Shown piece by piece: positions 63,026 to 64,000 of a stretch of 64,000 nt of DNA; position 1 is the first letter of the stretch, and each line of letters starts with the position of its first letter. The stretch spans positions 9,431 to 73,430 of the forward strand of contig ONCO01000002.1 of the NCBI GenBank assembly GCA_900316365.1. Reading direction: 5' to 3'. Both the position numbers and the translations under genes were made by a program. Origin of the DNA: an uncultured Erysipelotrichaceae bacterium (lineage in GTDB: Bacteria > Bacillota_I > Bacilli_A > RFN20 > CAG-826). The notes beneath the pieces are model-generated. The model made no database searches. It was not told the origin of the DNA and was given only the letters and a program-made list of their open reading frames with translations.

Positions 63026-63208
63026 TCATTTCCATTCGAAGCCATAACCGCCTGGGAGTTTGATGTTGCCCTGACGCGATCTGAAGACGCGATAGGCCAC
63101 GACCGCTAAGACGGCGATGACCATGACGGCCATGACGGTAGCTAAGGTCAAAGCCTCGCCCGGACGGATTTCGTCCAACTGCATTTCGTTAAGTTCTTCT
63201 ATTTCCAT
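63026..63208 (-). CDS. small (60 aa) single-pass membrane protein with acidic N-terminus
   Basis: Strong SD aaggagg 7 nt upstream. Ends 3 nt before the radC ATG. Sequence MEIEELNEMQLDEIRPG-EALTLATVMAVMVIAVLAVVAYRVF...KLPGGYGFEWK. Confidence 0.6.
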   Translation of the reverse strand: MEIEELNEMQLDEIRPGEALTLATVMAVMVIAVLAVVAYRVFRSRQGNIKLPGGYGFEWK

Positions 63209-63334
63209 AAAAGTGCCTCCTTTATAGAAGTAGTAAGCAAAAATGCAGTTTGGTCGTAAATATTTTAAAAATGTTGAAAAGTGTCGATTCGGCCGAAAGA
63301 AAAAGAGCGAAGATTTTTTTCTTCGCCCTTCTTT

Positions 63335-64000
63335 TTAGTTAAGTTCCGCTAAGCTCTTCTTAACGCTTTCGAGCTTGGCTTTGTTCTCTTCGAGCTTGCT
63401 CTTCTCGAGGTCGATCTTGGCTTTCGGGGCCTTGGCGACGAAGCCCGGATTGGAGAGCATCTTCTCACTTCTGGCGATTTCGAATTCAAGCTTGGACTTA
63501 GCCTCTTCAAGACGTCCCTTGATTAAGCTTGGGTCGATGTCTTCTTCGACGTAGAGGGTATAACCGCTATAGACGAAGGAATCGCCTTTGCCGCCATCTT
63601 TGGAGAAGGAAGTCTTCGCAAAGAGGAATCTGGCAAGGTAATTCTCGATGCCATCGAATGGGCTCTTCGGGCTTAAGGTAAGCTTGATCGGGGCGTTAGG
63701 CGCGATCTTATGGGACGCCTTGTAGTTACGGACGTCGCTAAGGATCTCGCGGAGTAAGGCGCCGCGCTTTTCGAAGGCTTTGGAGACGAATTTGCTTTCG
63801 ACTTCTGGGTAGCTCTCTAACATGATGCTTTCCTTGTGTCCTGGGAGGGAGAGATAGAGTTCCTCGCCGATGAACGGGGTATATGGATAGATCATGAGGA
63901 TGATGGATCTGATGACCTTGTAAAGGGTGGCCTTAACGGTTGGGGCCATAGCTTCATTGGCCATGGAGACTTTGCTCATCTCAAGGTAATAGGAGCAGAA
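63335..64000 (-). CDS. valS: valine--tRNA ligase, C-terminal part (5' end outside window)
   Basis: Anticodon-binding region and the terminal coiled coil (...KAKIDLEKSKLEENKAKLESVKKSLAELN) typical of ValRS. Frame is open to nt 64000. Confidence 0.9.
   Translation of the reverse strand, partial: FCSYYLEMSKVSMANEAMAPTVKATLYKVIRSIILMIYPYTPFIGEELYLSLPGHKESIMLESYPEVESKFVSKAFEKRGALLREILSDVRNYKASHKIAPNAPIKLTLSPKSPFDGIENYLARFLFAKTSFSKDGGKGDSFVYSGYTLYVEEDIDPSLIKGRLEEAKSKLEFEIARSEKMLSNPGFVAKAPKAKIDLEKSKLEENKAKLESVKKSLAELN

Noticed and set aside
1-64000. CRISPR arrays, IS or transposase genes, prophage, toxin-antitoxin or restriction/defence cassettes
   Set aside because: I could see no spaced direct-repeat arrays, transposase, integrase-plus-cargo, phage structural genes or nuclease/methylase pairs. 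Every large ORF but three has a clear housekeeping assignment.

Overview
This is a gene-dense 64-kb chromosomal segment, about 90% coding and almost entirely housekeeping. It appears to come from a mid-GC Bacilli/Mollicutes-like bacterium using the standard genetic code, with TAA the dominant stop codon.

Gene order follows conserved Bacillus-type clusters:
- hrcA-grpE-dnaK-dnaJ
- rsmE-mtaB, then rpmF, deoC and rpsU
- ybeY-cdd-era-recO-glyQS-dnaG-rpoD-trmK
- ispH, a DEAD-box helicase, nfo, ispG, rpmG, efp and yneF
- plsY-parE-parC
- yqeG-yqeH-yhbY-nadD/yqeK-rsfS
- On the minus strand: valS, radC, rplU-prp-rpmA, obg, ruvAB, secDF-recJ-relA-hisS-aspS, tkt, nusB-xseAB-dxs, dinB, xerD, deoB

I see no CRISPR array, IS element, prophage, rRNA, tRNA or recognisable defence system. 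mreBCD/minCD and other wall or sporulation genes are missing from their usual place between radC and rplU. With the nadD-yqeK fusion, this suggests a reduced and possibly wall-less lineage (inference).

The unusual signals are mostly non-coding:
1. A strand-specific tandem 11-mer, AATTAGTAGTT, sits just downstream of stop codons at six gene ends.
2. A roughly 250-nt GC-rich, hairpin-rich non-coding island lies between yneF and plsY. It matches no RNA family I recognise.
3. Two other short elements recur in intergenic DNA: TTTTGCTTAC(TACTT), and GTAGAAAnTAAGTT plus the palindrome ATATACTTTGTATAT.
4. Several genes lacking a Shine-Dalgarno (SD) sequence have a TATAAT-like box exactly 6 nt before the ATG, suggesting leaderless mRNAs.
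5. Coding oddities include a C39 peptidase-transmembrane protein with no ABC ATPase, a small membrane peptide next to radC with a double-glycine-leader-like N-terminus and a C-terminal GG, a frameshifted rsmE, and a His-rich tail on HisRS.

All motif scans were done by eye. Coordinates of non-ORF features may be off by a base or two.
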